A stretch of 64,000 nucleotides of DNA from assembly GCA_965228475.1 (NCBI GenBank), contig OZ245817.1, positions 3,296,001 through 3,360,000 of the forward strand, read 5' to 3'. Below are positions 11,204 to 20,869 of the stretch, in pieces. Made by a program: the position numbers and the translations under genes. Positions within the stretch are counted from its first letter, which is position 1. Every line of letters begins with the position of its first letter. Source of the stretch: Myxococcota bacterium (GTDB taxonomy: Bacteria; Myxococcota_A; UBA9160; JAFDDA01). The notes under the pieces were generated by a model. It was not told where the DNA came from. It saw nothing but the letters and a program-made list of their open reading frames with translations, and ran no database searches.

Positions 11204-11890
11204 GTGCCGGTCCGGCCGCGCGTCCGGCACCCGTGGAACGTCTCCTTCCAGGAGGCCCGCGAGATCCAGCAGCGCCTCCGCGGCCGCGTCGAACGCAAGG
11301 ACCGGCTCGGGCCCGTTCGGCGGGTCGCGGGCGTGGACGTCTCCTACGACCGCGGAAGCCCCGTCCTCTACGCCGCCGTCGTCGTGCTCGACGCGCGCAC
11401 CGGCGAACGGCTCGAGACCGCCGGCGTGCGCCAGCGGACGGCCATCCCCTACGTGCCGGGATACCTCTCCTTCCGGGAGCTCCCTCCCCTGCTCGAGGCC
11501 TTCGCGCGGCTCTCCACCCGCCCGGACCTCGTGGTCTGCGACGGCCACGGCCGCGCCCACCCCCGGCGCTTCGGCATCGCCTGCCACCTCGGCGTGGTGC
11601 TCGACCTGCCCGCGATCGGCTGCGGGAAGAGCCGCCTCGTCGGCGAGCACGAAGAACCCGGGGCGGCGCGCGGGAGCCACACGCCCCTGCGCGACGGCCG
11701 CGAGGTGATCGGCAGCGTCGTGCGCACCCGTGAAGGCACGAAGCCCGTGTTCGTCTCGACGGGCCATCGCGTTTCGCTCGTGACGGCGCGACGGCAGGTC
11801 CTGCGCCTCGCGCCGCGGCTCCGCCTGCCCGAGACGACCCGCGCCGCCCACGAGGTCGTGAACGAACTCCGCCGCCGAGGCGAACCGTGA
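11204..11890 (+). CDS. nfi: Endonuclease V
   Basis: VAGVDVSY, PYVPGYLSFRE, CDGHG.AHPRRFGIACHLG, IGCGKSRL, PVFVSTGH, RLPETTR.AH. Confidence 0.95.
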   Translation: MPVRPRVRHPWNVSFQEAREIQQRLRGRVERKDRLGPVRRVAGVDVSYDRGSPVLYAAVVVLDARTGERLETAGVRQRTAIPYVPGYLSFRELPPLLEAFARLSTRPDLVVCDGHGRAHPRRFGIACHLGVVLDLPAIGCGKSRLVGEHEEPGAARGSHTPLRDGREVIGSVVRTREGTKPVFVSTGHRVSLVTARRQVLRLAPRLRLPETTRAAHEVVNELRRRGEP

Positions 11891-12171
11891 GTGAAACCGT
11901 TCGCCAGCGCATCGAGCGGGCCCTGCGCGAGAAGCCGCACACGGCGAAGGATCTCTCCAAGGCCGTCGGTGTCTCGGAGCGCGACGTGCCCCACCATCTC
12001 GAGCACCTCGCGAAGTCCCTGCGGAGCCGGGAGGGGAGCGTGCAGATGGAGCCCGTGCGCTGCCTCGGCTGCGGCTACGTCTTCGAGGACCGGCGGCGCT
12101 TCACGCGCCCGGGCCGGTGCCCCGAATGCCACGGGCGCCGCCTGACCCTGCCGCGCTACTCGATCGAATAG
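11887..12171 (+). CDS. HTH + zinc-ribbon transcriptional regulator
   Basis: N-terminal HTH (TAKDLS..VG.SE..V..HLEHL) plus CLGCG...CPEC. GTGA overlap with nfi. Confidence 0.85.
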   Translation: MSETVRQRIERALREKPHTAKDLSKAVGVSERDVPHHLEHLAKSLRSREGSVQMEPVRCLGCGYVFEDRRRFTRPGRCPECHGRRLTLPRYSIE

Positions 12172-12185
12172 AGGGGCCGGGCGCG

Positions 12186-12848
12186 CTAGCGCGTGTTGCT
12201 CCGATCGCCGACCTCGCCGCGCAGGGTGGCCGGCGCGCCGAGCGCGACGCGGTGCGGGGGCACGTCCTTCGTCACCACCGAGCGCGCGCCGACGACGGCG
12301 TGGTCGCCGATCGTCACGCCCTTGAGCACCGTGCAATCGCTCGCGACCCATACGTGGTCTCCGATCGTGACCGGCGCCATGCGCTCGGGGGTCTCGGCGT
12401 CGAAGTCGTGCTGGTCCGCGTCGAAGAGCCGGGTGCCGGGGCCGAGCCAGGCCCGATGGCCGAGCGTCACCCGGGATTTGCAGCTCACGTGGGCCCCGTT
12501 CAGGAAGGCCTCGGGCCCGAGGGTGAGCTCCGCACCCTCGAAGACGGCGATCACAACCGGGCCGAGATCCGTGCGCAGCCAGGTCCCCGGCCCGATCGTG
12601 ACCCGGGCACCCGGCTCGAGCAGGAAGCGCAGGGCATCGGGCGTGCGCTCGGTGACGACGCCGGCACCGATCTCGAGCTGCGCACCGGCGCCGAGCTGGA
12701 AGCGCGCAACGGCCAAGGCACTGCTGGCATCGGGATGGATCGAGAGTCCGGGGTGCTGCCGCACGAGCCTCGAGAGCTCGCGGCGGTCGCGGCGGGCGAT
12801 GCGCCGCATGCGGCGGCGCAGCAGCGCCCCGCGCAGGCCCTCGGTCAC
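12186..12848 (-). CDS. Hexapeptide-repeat (left-handed beta-helix) acyltransferase
   Basis: D.DQHD, PVTIGDHVWV...CTVLKGVTIGD.AVVGA.SVVTKDVP....GAPA. Confidence 0.9.
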   Translation of the reverse strand: MTEGLRGALLRRRMRRIARRDRRELSRLVRQHPGLSIHPDASSALAVARFQLGAGAQLEIGAGVVTERTPDALRFLLEPGARVTIGPGTWLRTDLGPVVIAVFEGAELTLGPEAFLNGAHVSCKSRVTLGHRAWLGPGTRLFDADQHDFDAETPERMAPVTIGDHVWVASDCTVLKGVTIGDHAVVGARSVVTKDVPPHRVALGAPATLRGEVGDRSNTR

Positions 12849-13084
12849 GAGGGCGGCGGCTGACCCTCGCGCAGCCGGAAGGTGATGAAGCCGTGGGTCG
12901 GGTCGTAGGGCGAGAGCCCGACCTGGACCTTGTCCCCGGGAATCACCCGGATCCGGAAGCGGCGCATGCGTCCCGAGAGCTGGGCCGTCACGGTCTGGCC
13001 GGAGTCGAGCTCGATCTGATATCGGCCGCCTCCGAGAATCTTGTTCACGGTGCCGGTCGTCTGGATCAGGTCGTCTCGGGCCAA
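12845..13084 (-). CDS. infA: Translation initiation factor IF-1
   Basis: SGRMRRFRIRVIPGDKV.V.LSPYD.T.G.ITFR. TTG start with GAGGA upstream. Confidence 0.93.
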   Translation of the reverse strand: MARDDLIQTTGTVNKILGGGRYQIELDSGQTVTAQLSGRMRRFRIRVIPGDKVQVGLSPYDPTHGFITFRLREGQPPPS

Positions 13085-13199
13085 GCTAGCGGGTCCTCGT
13101 CTGGGTCATGGCGGGGGAGACTAGCGCCAACCTCGCCGTGAGCCCAGCGTGTCCCTCCGCAGGGAGAGAGACGCGCGGAGGGGCTCCAAAATTCACGAC

Positions 13200-14456
13200 T
13201 CAGCTACAGGATCGGTGCACGTGGACCGTGAGGTCACCGAGCAGGTTCGTGTAGCTCCCGTACTCGTTGTCGTACCAGCCGAAGACCTTCGCGTGGGTCA
13301 CCGGAAGCTGGATCCGCGAGGAGGTCGCCTTGGCCGCCAGCTCCTTGCCGATGCCCGGGATCTGCCCGAGGTCGACGTCGAGGAAGCCCGTCCGGGTGTG
13401 GGTCTCCGCCCCTTCGATCACCACCGCGGCCTTCATGCCCATGACGTCGGCGGCGACGTTCTGCTCGGGCGAGAAGACGAGCAGGCCCTTCTGACTGCCC
13501 TCGGAGGCCTGCTGATAGATCCGGTTCACGAGCTCGCGGTCGATCGAGCTCTCACCGTCGTCTTCGATGGTGCTCTGGAAGGTCAGGTTCAGGATGATCA
13601 GCGACTCGGTCGCGAGCGGCACGCGGACCGCGTCGCCCATGAAGCCGATCTCGCGGATCTCGGGGATCACGACCTCGAGCGCGGCGCTCGCGTTGCTCGA
13701 CGTCAGGATCAGGCTGTTCAGCGCGCTGCGCGTGCGCCGCAGATCCTTGGCGTCGGCCTTCGGTACCGAATCGAGCAGGGTCTGCGAGTTGGTGACCGCG
13801 TGCACCGTGCTCATGCTGGCCGTCACGACCGTCGAATCCGGCAGGTGGTCGAGCAGCGGCTTCACCATGTGCGCGAGGCCGGTCGTCGTACAGGAAGCGG
13901 CCGACAGCACGTGATGCTGGGCCGGATCGAACAGGTCGTGGTTGATGCCGTAGATCAGGGTCGCGGCGTCGTCGGGCATCGCCTTGGTCTTGTCCTTGAT
14001 CTTGAAGGCCGAGCTGTTGATCACCTTCTCGGCGCCCGCGGCGAGGTGGCCGCGCAGGGAGCCGCGCCCGTCGTCGGCCGGACGCGTCGGGTCGCCGAAA
14101 GCGCCGGTCGCATCGACGACGACGCGCGCCCCGTGATCGCGCCACCCGATGTCGGCGGGGTTGCGCGCCTCCTGGAGGAGCTTCACCGGCACGCCGGCGA
14201 CGTCGAGCAGGCCAGCCTCGCGGTCGGCGATGCGGATGCAGGGCTCGGAGTTCACGCCGAACAGGAAGCGGTGCATGCTGCCGTAGGTGCTGTCCTTCTC
14301 GATGAGCTGGCAGACCGCCTCGAGGTCCTGGCCGATCTTGCGGCCGACGTTCACCACGATGCGCGAGAAGTACTTCCGCTCGACGTGGTGCCAGAGCGAG
14401 AGCTTGCCGATCCGGCCGAGGCTGTTGATGCCGAGGGTGCGTTCCGATTCCGTCAT
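13200..14456 (-). CDS. Glyceraldehyde-3-phosphate dehydrogenase family, divergent
   Basis: GINSLGRIG, VVDATG.F, AGAEKVI, SAASCTT, TVHAVT..Q, WYDNEYG. Start trimmed to MTESER. Confidence 0.88.
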   Translation of the reverse strand: MTESERTLGINSLGRIGKLSLWHHVERKYFSRIVVNVGRKIGQDLEAVCQLIEKDSTYGSMHRFLFGVNSEPCIRIADREAGLLDVAGVPVKLLQEARNPADIGWRDHGARVVVDATGAFGDPTRPADDGRGSLRGHLAAGAEKVINSSAFKIKDKTKAMPDDAATLIYGINHDLFDPAQHHVLSAASCTTTGLAHMVKPLLDHLPDSTVVTASMSTVHAVTNSQTLLDSVPKADAKDLRRTRSALNSLILTSSNASAALEVVIPEIREIGFMGDAVRVPLATESLIILNLTFQSTIEDDGESSIDRELVNRIYQQASEGSQKGLLVFSPEQNVAADVMGMKAAVVIEGAETHTRTGFLDVDLGQIPGIGKELAAKATSSRIQLPVTHAKVFGWYDNEYGSYTNLLGDLTVHVHRSCS

Positions 14457-14488
14457 GGTCGTCCAGGTCTCCGCTTCATGGGGTGCGC

Positions 14489-17400
14489 TCAGGCCAGCCG
14501 CTGGCGGCGCACGATCGTGCTGGGATGCTTTCCGAGATAGAGCGAGCCGTCCACCCCGTTGATCGAAATGAAATCCCCGGTCTCGAGGGTCCGTCCGGCC
14601 AGCACCGAACGCCTCCCCCGCTCGTCGACGGAGAGCTCCCGGCAGCCCACCACGCAGGTCTTCCCGAGCCGCAGGGCCGCCACCGCGGCGTGGCTCGTCG
14701 ACCCCCCGAGGGCAGTGACCATGCCGTCGGCCTCGACCATGAGCGGGAGGTCGTCCGGGACCGTATCCGGCCGCAGGAGGATGATGTGGTCGTCCGGGAA
14801 GCGGCGGCGCAGGAGCTCGACGTCCTCGACGTTGTGGGCGACGCGCCCGGAGAGCGCCCCGCCTCCGGCTCCGATGCCCGTGGCGAGCCAGGCCGCCTCG
14901 AGGCCTTCGCTCGGCAGGAAGGCCGGCACCGAGGCCACCTGCGACATCACCGTGTCGCGGCTCTGGAGGATGTAGAGGTCGGCCGGGTCGTCGCCCTCGA
15001 AGGTGAACTCGATCTCCTGATGGAACATGCCCTGCTCGTGCACGAGGGTCCGGGCGTGATGGAGAATCGCCTCGTAGAGCTTCGGGAAGTCCTTCTCGAG
15101 GGAGACGTCCGTGCCGGGCGCCTCGTTCACGCGCTGCTCCTCGCTCACCGGGTAGGTCTCGACGAGCCCGCTCACGACGTCGTCGCCCTGGGCCTGGACG
15201 ATGAAGTCGCCGTGCAGCCGAACGGCCGTGCTCGCCCGGCGCGGATCCGTCGTCATCACCACGCCCGTTCCCGAGCGGGCGTGCAGGTTCCCGTAGACCA
15301 TGCTCTGGATCACGACGGCCGTTCCCCATTCCTCGGCGATCTGGAGCTCGCGCCGATAGACCTGCGCCTTGGCCGAACCCCAGGAATCGAGCACGAGATC
15401 CACGCAGCGCAGGAGCTGCGGCCACGGATCGTCGAGGATCTCGACGCTGCGCGCCCGCAGCAGCTCACGGTAGCGCAGGGCCACGTCGCGCATCTGCGGG
15501 GCGCTGAGCTGCGCCTTCTTCTCCGCGCCGAAGTCCGTCTTGGAGTCGCGCATGAGTGCGTCGAAGTCGTCGCGCTCGAGCCCGTGGCCCATGCCCCAGA
15601 GCTGAAGGAAGCGGCGGTAGGCGTCCCAGGCGCCCCAGTCGCTGCCCGAGCGCGTCGCGAGGCCCGTCGCGATCTCCTCGTTGATGCCGACGTTCAGGAA
15701 GGTGTCGAGCATGCCGGGCATGCTGATGGCGGAGCCCGAGCGCACCGAGAGGAGCAGCGGCCGGTCCGGGTCGCCGAGGACGAGGCCCGTCGACGCTTCC
15801 AGGCGGTCGATCTGGCGCAGCAGCTCGCCCTCGACCTCGCGCCGCAGGTCCGGCCAGGCGCGGATGGCCTTCGAGCAGCGGAAGATCTCGCGCGTGAGGA
15901 TGAAACCCGGCGGCACGGGCAAGCCGTCGCCGGCCAGACGCTTCACCAGGAAGCCCTTGTTCCCGAGGTGGATCGGCCCGTCGAGCGGGTGGTCCTCCGG
16001 TTCGATCGGGACGCAGGCCCGCTCGGGGTCGTAGGACATGAGGAGCTCGAGGGTCTCCTCCGAGAGCGTCTCCCGGACCTGGACGAGGGAGCGCATCATC
16101 CGCCCGAGCAGCATGTCGAGCTGCTGCAGACCGAGACTCGATCCGATCAGATCCCGCAGGAAGGTCTCGGAGGCCTTCATCGCGGCTTCTTCCTGGCTCT
16201 CGCCCGGCTCGCGCGGGAGGATGCCCCGCTCGACGTAGCGGGGGAGCAGCTCGGAGAGGGCGCCCTCGTAGACCTCGAGGTACCGGATCCGCACGAGCTG
16301 CTCGACGCTTCGCGAGAGCACCTGGAAGACGTTCAGGTACTGATCGACGGTGGTGCCTTCGGTCGCGAGGGATTGGTCGAGCATCGAGAGGCCCATCGAG
16401 AGCCCCCTGCCCTTGCAGCCGTCGATCCGCACGGCGCGCAGCATCTGATGGAGCCAGCCGGATACGCGGCGCAGCGCCGCGCTGTGGATGCAGTCCGCCT
16501 GGTGGGAGTCGAGCAGCCGGTCGAAGAGCGTGTTCGCGAGCGAGCCGGCCCGGAAGGTCAGCCCCGCGGCGTCGAACTTCTGCTCGCGATAGCGGCCGTA
16601 GAGGCTCGGAATGCCGACGGCGATGTGGCGCTTGCGGTAGATGTCCTCGACGGCCTCCGTGCGCTCCTCGCGCGTCATGATCTCCTTCAGCGCCTCGAGG
16701 ATGCCGAGCGTCGCATCGAGCGCGTCCTCGACGTCGTCGGTGTCGAGGGCTTCCCGCAGTCGCTGCACCTCGGCGGCGTCGAGCGCGGTGAAAGCCGCGA
16801 GGCGGTCGAGCAGATCGTCGTGGTCGAAGCCGTATTTCTGGACGAGCAGGCGGCGGAGGCGGAAGAGCAGCCCGACCTTCTCCCGCTCCTCGGGGCGCCC
16901 CGCGGTGACGCCGGCGAGGCGCGCTTCGATGGCCTCGGGCTCCTCGTCGAGCAGCTTCGTCCAGGGGGCGCCCGCCACGAGCGCCTCCATGACCGCCCCC
17001 ATGCCCTCGCGCGCGGGGTCGGTCTCGAGCGCCGCGTAGAGCGGGCCGGGCAGGTAGGGCCGCAGCGGCTCGCGCTCCGCCGTCGCCCAGTAGCCGGCCA
17101 CGGCCTCGACGAAGTCGGCGAGCTTCGGGTTCGACTCCACGTGGCACTGTTTGCGGAGGAAGTGGCAGAGCGCGTCGCGCCTCCCCTCGATCTCGTCGAG
17201 CCGGGAGGACACCTGACGCAGGTCGCCCTCGGCGCCGATCTCGTCGTAGTAGACGGGGAAGGTGCGCAGCAGGTGCTTCACCGAGTGGAAGACGGGCTCC
17301 ATGCCGCCGTTCAGGAGCTGGCTGACGTCGCGCTGGAAGAGGTCCGTGTCCGCGATCATCACGCCGCCGACGCGCAGGTGGATCACGAGCGCGGCGACGA

Positions 17401-18637
17401 GCTCGCGCGCCCCGGCCGGGTGGGCCTCGATCGCGGCCAGGTAGCTGCGGATGCCGCGCAGGTGCGCCGGGTTGACCCGGATCTGCCACTCGTCGGAGAA
17501 GCCCGAGAAGTCCGGCGTCGCGAAGTCGCAGAGCAGGAGCTCCTCGATGAAAGCTGCGGCGGTCTCCGGCTCGCCCGCGCGCAGGACCTCGGAGCCGAGC
17601 CGCGCGACGAGCGCCGTCGACGCGTGGGTCTCGAAGACGCCGGCGCCGCGCAGGGCGGCGAACACGTCGCGCACGAAGCGCTCGCCCTCCGCGGGGGACG
17701 CGCCAGCCGCCACCTCGCTGGCCAGGTGCGAGAGTTCCGCGACGGCGGGCTCGTGGAGCGCCGCCAGTCCGTCGTCCGAGAGCAGGTGGACGAGCCACGC
17801 CGTGCGGGCGCCGCGGTCGCCGAGCTGGCCGGCGACGTCGAGGTAGGCCCGGGCGATCTCGCTCTCGTCGGGCAGGGCGCAGAGCGGCTCCGTCGCTTCC
17901 GGCGACTCGGGGGCGAGGGCCGCGAGCGCCTCGCGCTGGCTCCGCAGGGTCGCATGGCCGAGCACGGCCATCGCATCGTTCACCTCGGCCCGGCCCGCGT
18001 CCGACGGGGCGAGCCAGGCGTTCGGGTCCTCGCGCTCGAGCCAGCTCGCGTAGGTCGCATCCAGGGACGCCGCCAAGAGGCCGCGCGCGCGGGCGCCGGC
18101 CGGGCCTCCGTCGCCGAGCGCCCGCACCAATCGCCCGAGGGCCGGCGAGAGCGCCGGAGGCGTCCCAGGGCCCCAGCCCGCGGCCAGCGCCTCGAGCCCG
18201 GTCTCGAGCACGGGCAGCATCGTCTCGAGGTGCGCGCCCGACGCGCTCGCCACCTTCTCGGCGTAGGCGAGCCCCTGGCGGGCCGCGGCCGCGCGCAGCG
18301 TCTGCGGGTGGGCCTCCCGCACGGCCCGTGCGTACAGCGAGAAGACCACGCCGATCGCCTCGGCGGCCCGCAGGTGATCGACGTGATAGGGGAAGTCCGC
18401 CATCGCGCGGCGGTGCAGCTCGGCCAGGGCTTCGGCCCAGCCGACGAACTCGTGGTTGATCTCGTGCAGGAGGCGGCGCGTGTTCTCGTGAATGCCGCGG
18501 AACTCGGCCGTGACCTCGAGCAGGACCTCCTGCTCGGGCGGGATCGTGACGGGCACCGCCGTCCGCGCGAGGTTGACCTCGAGCGCGCTCGGACCCGGCG
18601 CAGCGGGGTCCGCAGGGCTGGCTTCGTCCCGGGCCAT
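14489..18637 (-). CDS. Large PPDK-like dikinase (unknown N-terminal region + ATP-grasp + phospho-His domain)
   Basis: GNKG, LPVPPGF, PLLLSVRSG..ISMPGMLDTFLNVG, AQGDDVVSG, EIEFT, YILQSR, GGSTSHAA..A..LGK.CVVG. No C-terminal pyruvate-binding barrel. GGAGG RBS before MARDEA. Confidence 0.85.
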   Translation of the reverse strand: MARDEASPADPAAPGPSALEVNLARTAVPVTIPPEQEVLLEVTAEFRGIHENTRRLLHEINHEFVGWAEALAELHRRAMADFPYHVDHLRAAEAIGVVFSLYARAVREAHPQTLRAAAARQGLAYAEKVASASGAHLETMLPVLETGLEALAAGWGPGTPPALSPALGRLVRALGDGGPAGARARGLLAASLDATYASWLEREDPNAWLAPSDAGRAEVNDAMAVLGHATLRSQREALAALAPESPEATEPLCALPDESEIARAYLDVAGQLGDRGARTAWLVHLLSDDGLAALHEPAVAELSHLASEVAAGASPAEGERFVRDVFAALRGAGVFETHASTALVARLGSEVLRAGEPETAAAFIEELLLCDFATPDFSGFSDEWQIRVNPAHLRGIRSYLAAIEAHPAGARELVAALVIHLRVGGVMIADTDLFQRDVSQLLNGGMEPVFHSVKHLLRTFPVYYDEIGAEGDLRQVSSRLDEIEGRRDALCHFLRKQCHVESNPKLADFVEAVAGYWATAEREPLRPYLPGPLYAALETDPAREGMGAVMEALVAGAPWTKLLDEEPEAIEARLAGVTAGRPEEREKVGLLFRLRRLLVQKYGFDHDDLLDRLAAFTALDAAEVQRLREALDTDDVEDALDATLGILEALKEIMTREERTEAVEDIYRKRHIAVGIPSLYGRYREQKFDAAGLTFRAGSLANTLFDRLLDSHQADCIHSAALRRVSGWLHQMLRAVRIDGCKGRGLSMGLSMLDQSLATEGTTVDQYLNVFQVLSRSVEQLVRIRYLEVYEGALSELLPRYVERGILPREPGESQEEAAMKASETFLRDLIGSSLGLQQLDMLLGRMMRSLVQVRETLSEETLELLMSYDPERACVPIEPEDHPLDGPIHLGNKGFLVKRLAGDGLPVPPGFILTREIFRCSKAIRAWPDLRREVEGELLRQIDRLEASTGLVLGDPDRPLLLSVRSGSAISMPGMLDTFLNVGINEEIATGLATRSGSDWGAWDAYRRFLQLWGMGHGLERDDFDALMRDSKTDFGAEKKAQLSAPQMRDVALRYRELLRARSVEILDDPWPQLLRCVDLVLDSWGSAKAQVYRRELQIAEEWGTAVVIQSMVYGNLHARSGTGVVMTTDPRRASTAVRLHGDFIVQAQGDDVVSGLVETYPVSEEQRVNEAPGTDVSLEKDFPKLYEAILHHARTLVHEQGMFHQEIEFTFEGDDPADLYILQSRDTVMSQVASVPAFLPSEGLEAAWLATGIGAGGGALSGRVAHNVEDVELLRRRFPDDHIILLRPDTVPDDLPLMVEADGMVTALGGSTSHAAVAALRLGKTCVVGCRELSVDERGRRSVLAGRTLETGDFISINGVDGSLYLGKHPSTIVRRQRLA

Positions 18638-18678
18638 CGGGCCTCCCAAAGGTGCCGGCCCAAGGTACCGAAAGGCCC

Positions 18679-20868
18679 CTACTTTCGGGCGGACAGCCCC
18701 TGGATGCGGCGCTTGCGCAGGCGGGTCGCATCGCGGTGGCGTCGCTCCGCCCACTCGACCTGCGCCTCGTGGCTCGCGCGGCCCTTGCGCCCCTTCGCTT
18801 CGCCGCTGCGCTGGACGTAGCTGCCGTCCGGTCGCATGTCCCAGGCGCTGCGCTGGTCCCCGAGCTGGGTATCGAGGACGTGGCGCAGCTCGGCCTGGAG
18901 TTCGGGCTTCTCGACCGGAGCCAGCACCTCGACCCGGCTCTCGAGGTTGCGCTTCATGGCGTCCGCCGAGCCGATGTAGTACTCGGGCTCCCCGCCGTTC
19001 GCGAAGTAGTAGATCCGGGCGTGTTCGAGGAAGCGGCCGACGACGCTGATCACCCGGGCGCTCTCGGAGAGCCCCTCGATCCCCGGCCGCAGGCGGCAGG
19101 TATCCCGGACGATCAGATCGACCTTCACCCCGGCCTGGGACGCCCGGTAGAGCGCCTGGGTCACGTCCGCATCCTCGAGCGCGTTCATCTTCATCTGGAT
19201 GTGGCCGTTCTGCGTGCTCGACTGATGCCGGATCTCGCGCTCGATCTTCCCGAGGATGGCCGGCTTCAACACCGTCGGCGCCGGCAGCAGCTTCCGGTAC
19301 GTGCGGCGCGGCTTGTACCCGGTCGTCAGGTAGTTGAAGAGCTCGGTCGCGTCCTGACCGATCTCTTCGTCGGCGGTGAGCAGGCCGTGGTCCGAGTAGA
19401 TGCGCGACGTCTGGGCGTTGTAGTTCCCCGTCCCGATGTGGCAGTAGCGGCGCAGGCCGTCGTAGTCCTGCCGGACCACGAGGATGACCTTGCAGTGCGT
19501 CTTCAAGCCGACGACGCCGTAGGTGACGTGGATCCCGCGCTCCTCGAGGCGGTTCGCGAAACGGATGTTCGCGTCCTCGTCGAAGCGCGCCTTCAGCTCG
19601 ACCACCACCGCGACCTGCTTGCCGTTGCGCGCGGCGCGGATGAGGTGCTCGACGATGCCCGAGTCGTCCGAGGTGCGATAGATCGTCATCTTGATCGCGC
19701 GCACCTTCGGGTCGTCGGCCGCTTCACGCAGGAAGCGCTCGACGGAGGCGCCGAAGGATTCGTAGGGGTGGTGGAGCAGGATCGAGCCCTCGTCCCGCAC
19801 CACGTGGAAGACGTTCCGGTCCGTCACGAGGGCCGGCGGGGCGACCGGCGCGTGCTTCGGGTCGCGCAGCTCCGGGATCGGCAGGAAGGCGAGTTCCATC
19901 AGATCGGCCATGCCGAGCATGCCGTCCACGTCCTGGACGTCGGAGACCTCGTCGAGGCCGAGCTCCGCCGCGAGCATGCCGCGGTGGAGCGCCGCCATGC
20001 CCTTCTCCACCTGCAGCCGGACGATCGGCGCGAACTGGCGCGCGCGCAGCTCGGTCTCGATCAGCGCCATCAGGTCTTCCGCGCCCTCTTCGTCCTGCTC
20101 GGTGTTCGCGTTCCGCGTCACCCGGAAGAGCTCGCAGCCGTCGATCTCCATGCCGGGGAAGAGCAGGTCGAGGTTCGCGGCCATCACCTCCTCGAGCGGG
20201 ACGAAGCGGTGGCCGACGCCGACCTGCAGGAACCGCGGGACGCCCTTGCCGACGGGCACCTTGACCCGGGCCAGCATGGACGCCGGATCCTTCGGGTGAT
20301 GGAGCGTGACGAGGAGGTTCAGCGAGAGGTTCGAGATGAACGGAAACGGATGCGCCGGGTCCATCGCCTGGGGCGTGACCAGCGGGAAGATGCTCGAGAA
20401 GTAGAGCTCGCGAACGGCCTCCCGCTCGCGCTCGCCGAGATCCGCATGATGCACCAGCTCGACGCCGTTCTCCGCCAGCAGGCCGAGCACCGTCGAGAGC
20501 TCCTTGCGCTTGCGGGCTTCGATGTCGCGGACGATCTCCTCGCACTCGACGATCTGCTCTTCCGGCGTGCGTCCGTCGACGGTGCGCGTTCCGATGCCGG
20601 CACCCACCTGCTGCTTCAGACCGCCGATGCGCTTCTGGAAGAACTCGTCGAGGTTCGAAGAGACGATGGCGATGAACTTGAGCCGGTCGAGCAGCGGCGT
20701 CCGCTCGTCTTCCGCCTCGGCCAGGACGCGGCGATTGAAGGCCAGCCACGTGAACTCACGGTTCAGGTAGAGCTCGGGCGCCCGCAGGTCCCGGCCGGGC
20801 TCCTGGGCCGAGAGGGCCTCCGCCTCGAGCTGTTCGCGCATCTCTTTCTTCATGCCTTCTCCTGCCAC
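18679..20868 (-). CDS. ppk1: Polyphosphate kinase 1
   Basis: YLNRE..WLAFN.RVL, SSNLDEFF, HPFPFISN, LHHPYESF, ELKARFDE, LKTHCK, HIGTGNYN, GRFLEHAR. Start may instead be ATG 20853. Confidence 0.97.
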   Translation of the reverse strand: MAGEGMKKEMREQLEAEALSAQEPGRDLRAPELYLNREFTWLAFNRRVLAEAEDERTPLLDRLKFIAIVSSNLDEFFQKRIGGLKQQVGAGIGTRTVDGRTPEEQIVECEEIVRDIEARKRKELSTVLGLLAENGVELVHHADLGEREREAVRELYFSSIFPLVTPQAMDPAHPFPFISNLSLNLLVTLHHPKDPASMLARVKVPVGKGVPRFLQVGVGHRFVPLEEVMAANLDLLFPGMEIDGCELFRVTRNANTEQDEEGAEDLMALIETELRARQFAPIVRLQVEKGMAALHRGMLAAELGLDEVSDVQDVDGMLGMADLMELAFLPIPELRDPKHAPVAPPALVTDRNVFHVVRDEGSILLHHPYESFGASVERFLREAADDPKVRAIKMTIYRTSDDSGIVEHLIRAARNGKQVAVVVELKARFDEDANIRFANRLEERGIHVTYGVVGLKTHCKVILVVRQDYDGLRRYCHIGTGNYNAQTSRIYSDHGLLTADEEIGQDATELFNYLTTGYKPRRTYRKLLPAPTVLKPAILGKIEREIRHQSSTQNGHIQMKMNALEDADVTQALYRASQAGVKVDLIVRDTCRLRPGIEGLSESARVISVVGRFLEHARIYYFANGGEPEYYIGSADAMKRNLESRVEVLAPVEKPELQAELRHVLDTQLGDQRSAWDMRPDGSYVQRSGEAKGRKGRASHEAQVEWAERRHRDATRLRKRRIQGLSARK

Positions 20869-20869
20869 C

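Noticed and set aside
10253..11851. 852-aa version of the formyltransferase
   Set aside because: The extension is antisense to the phosphatase and nfi. A -10 box 7 nt before ATG 10252 supports the short form.
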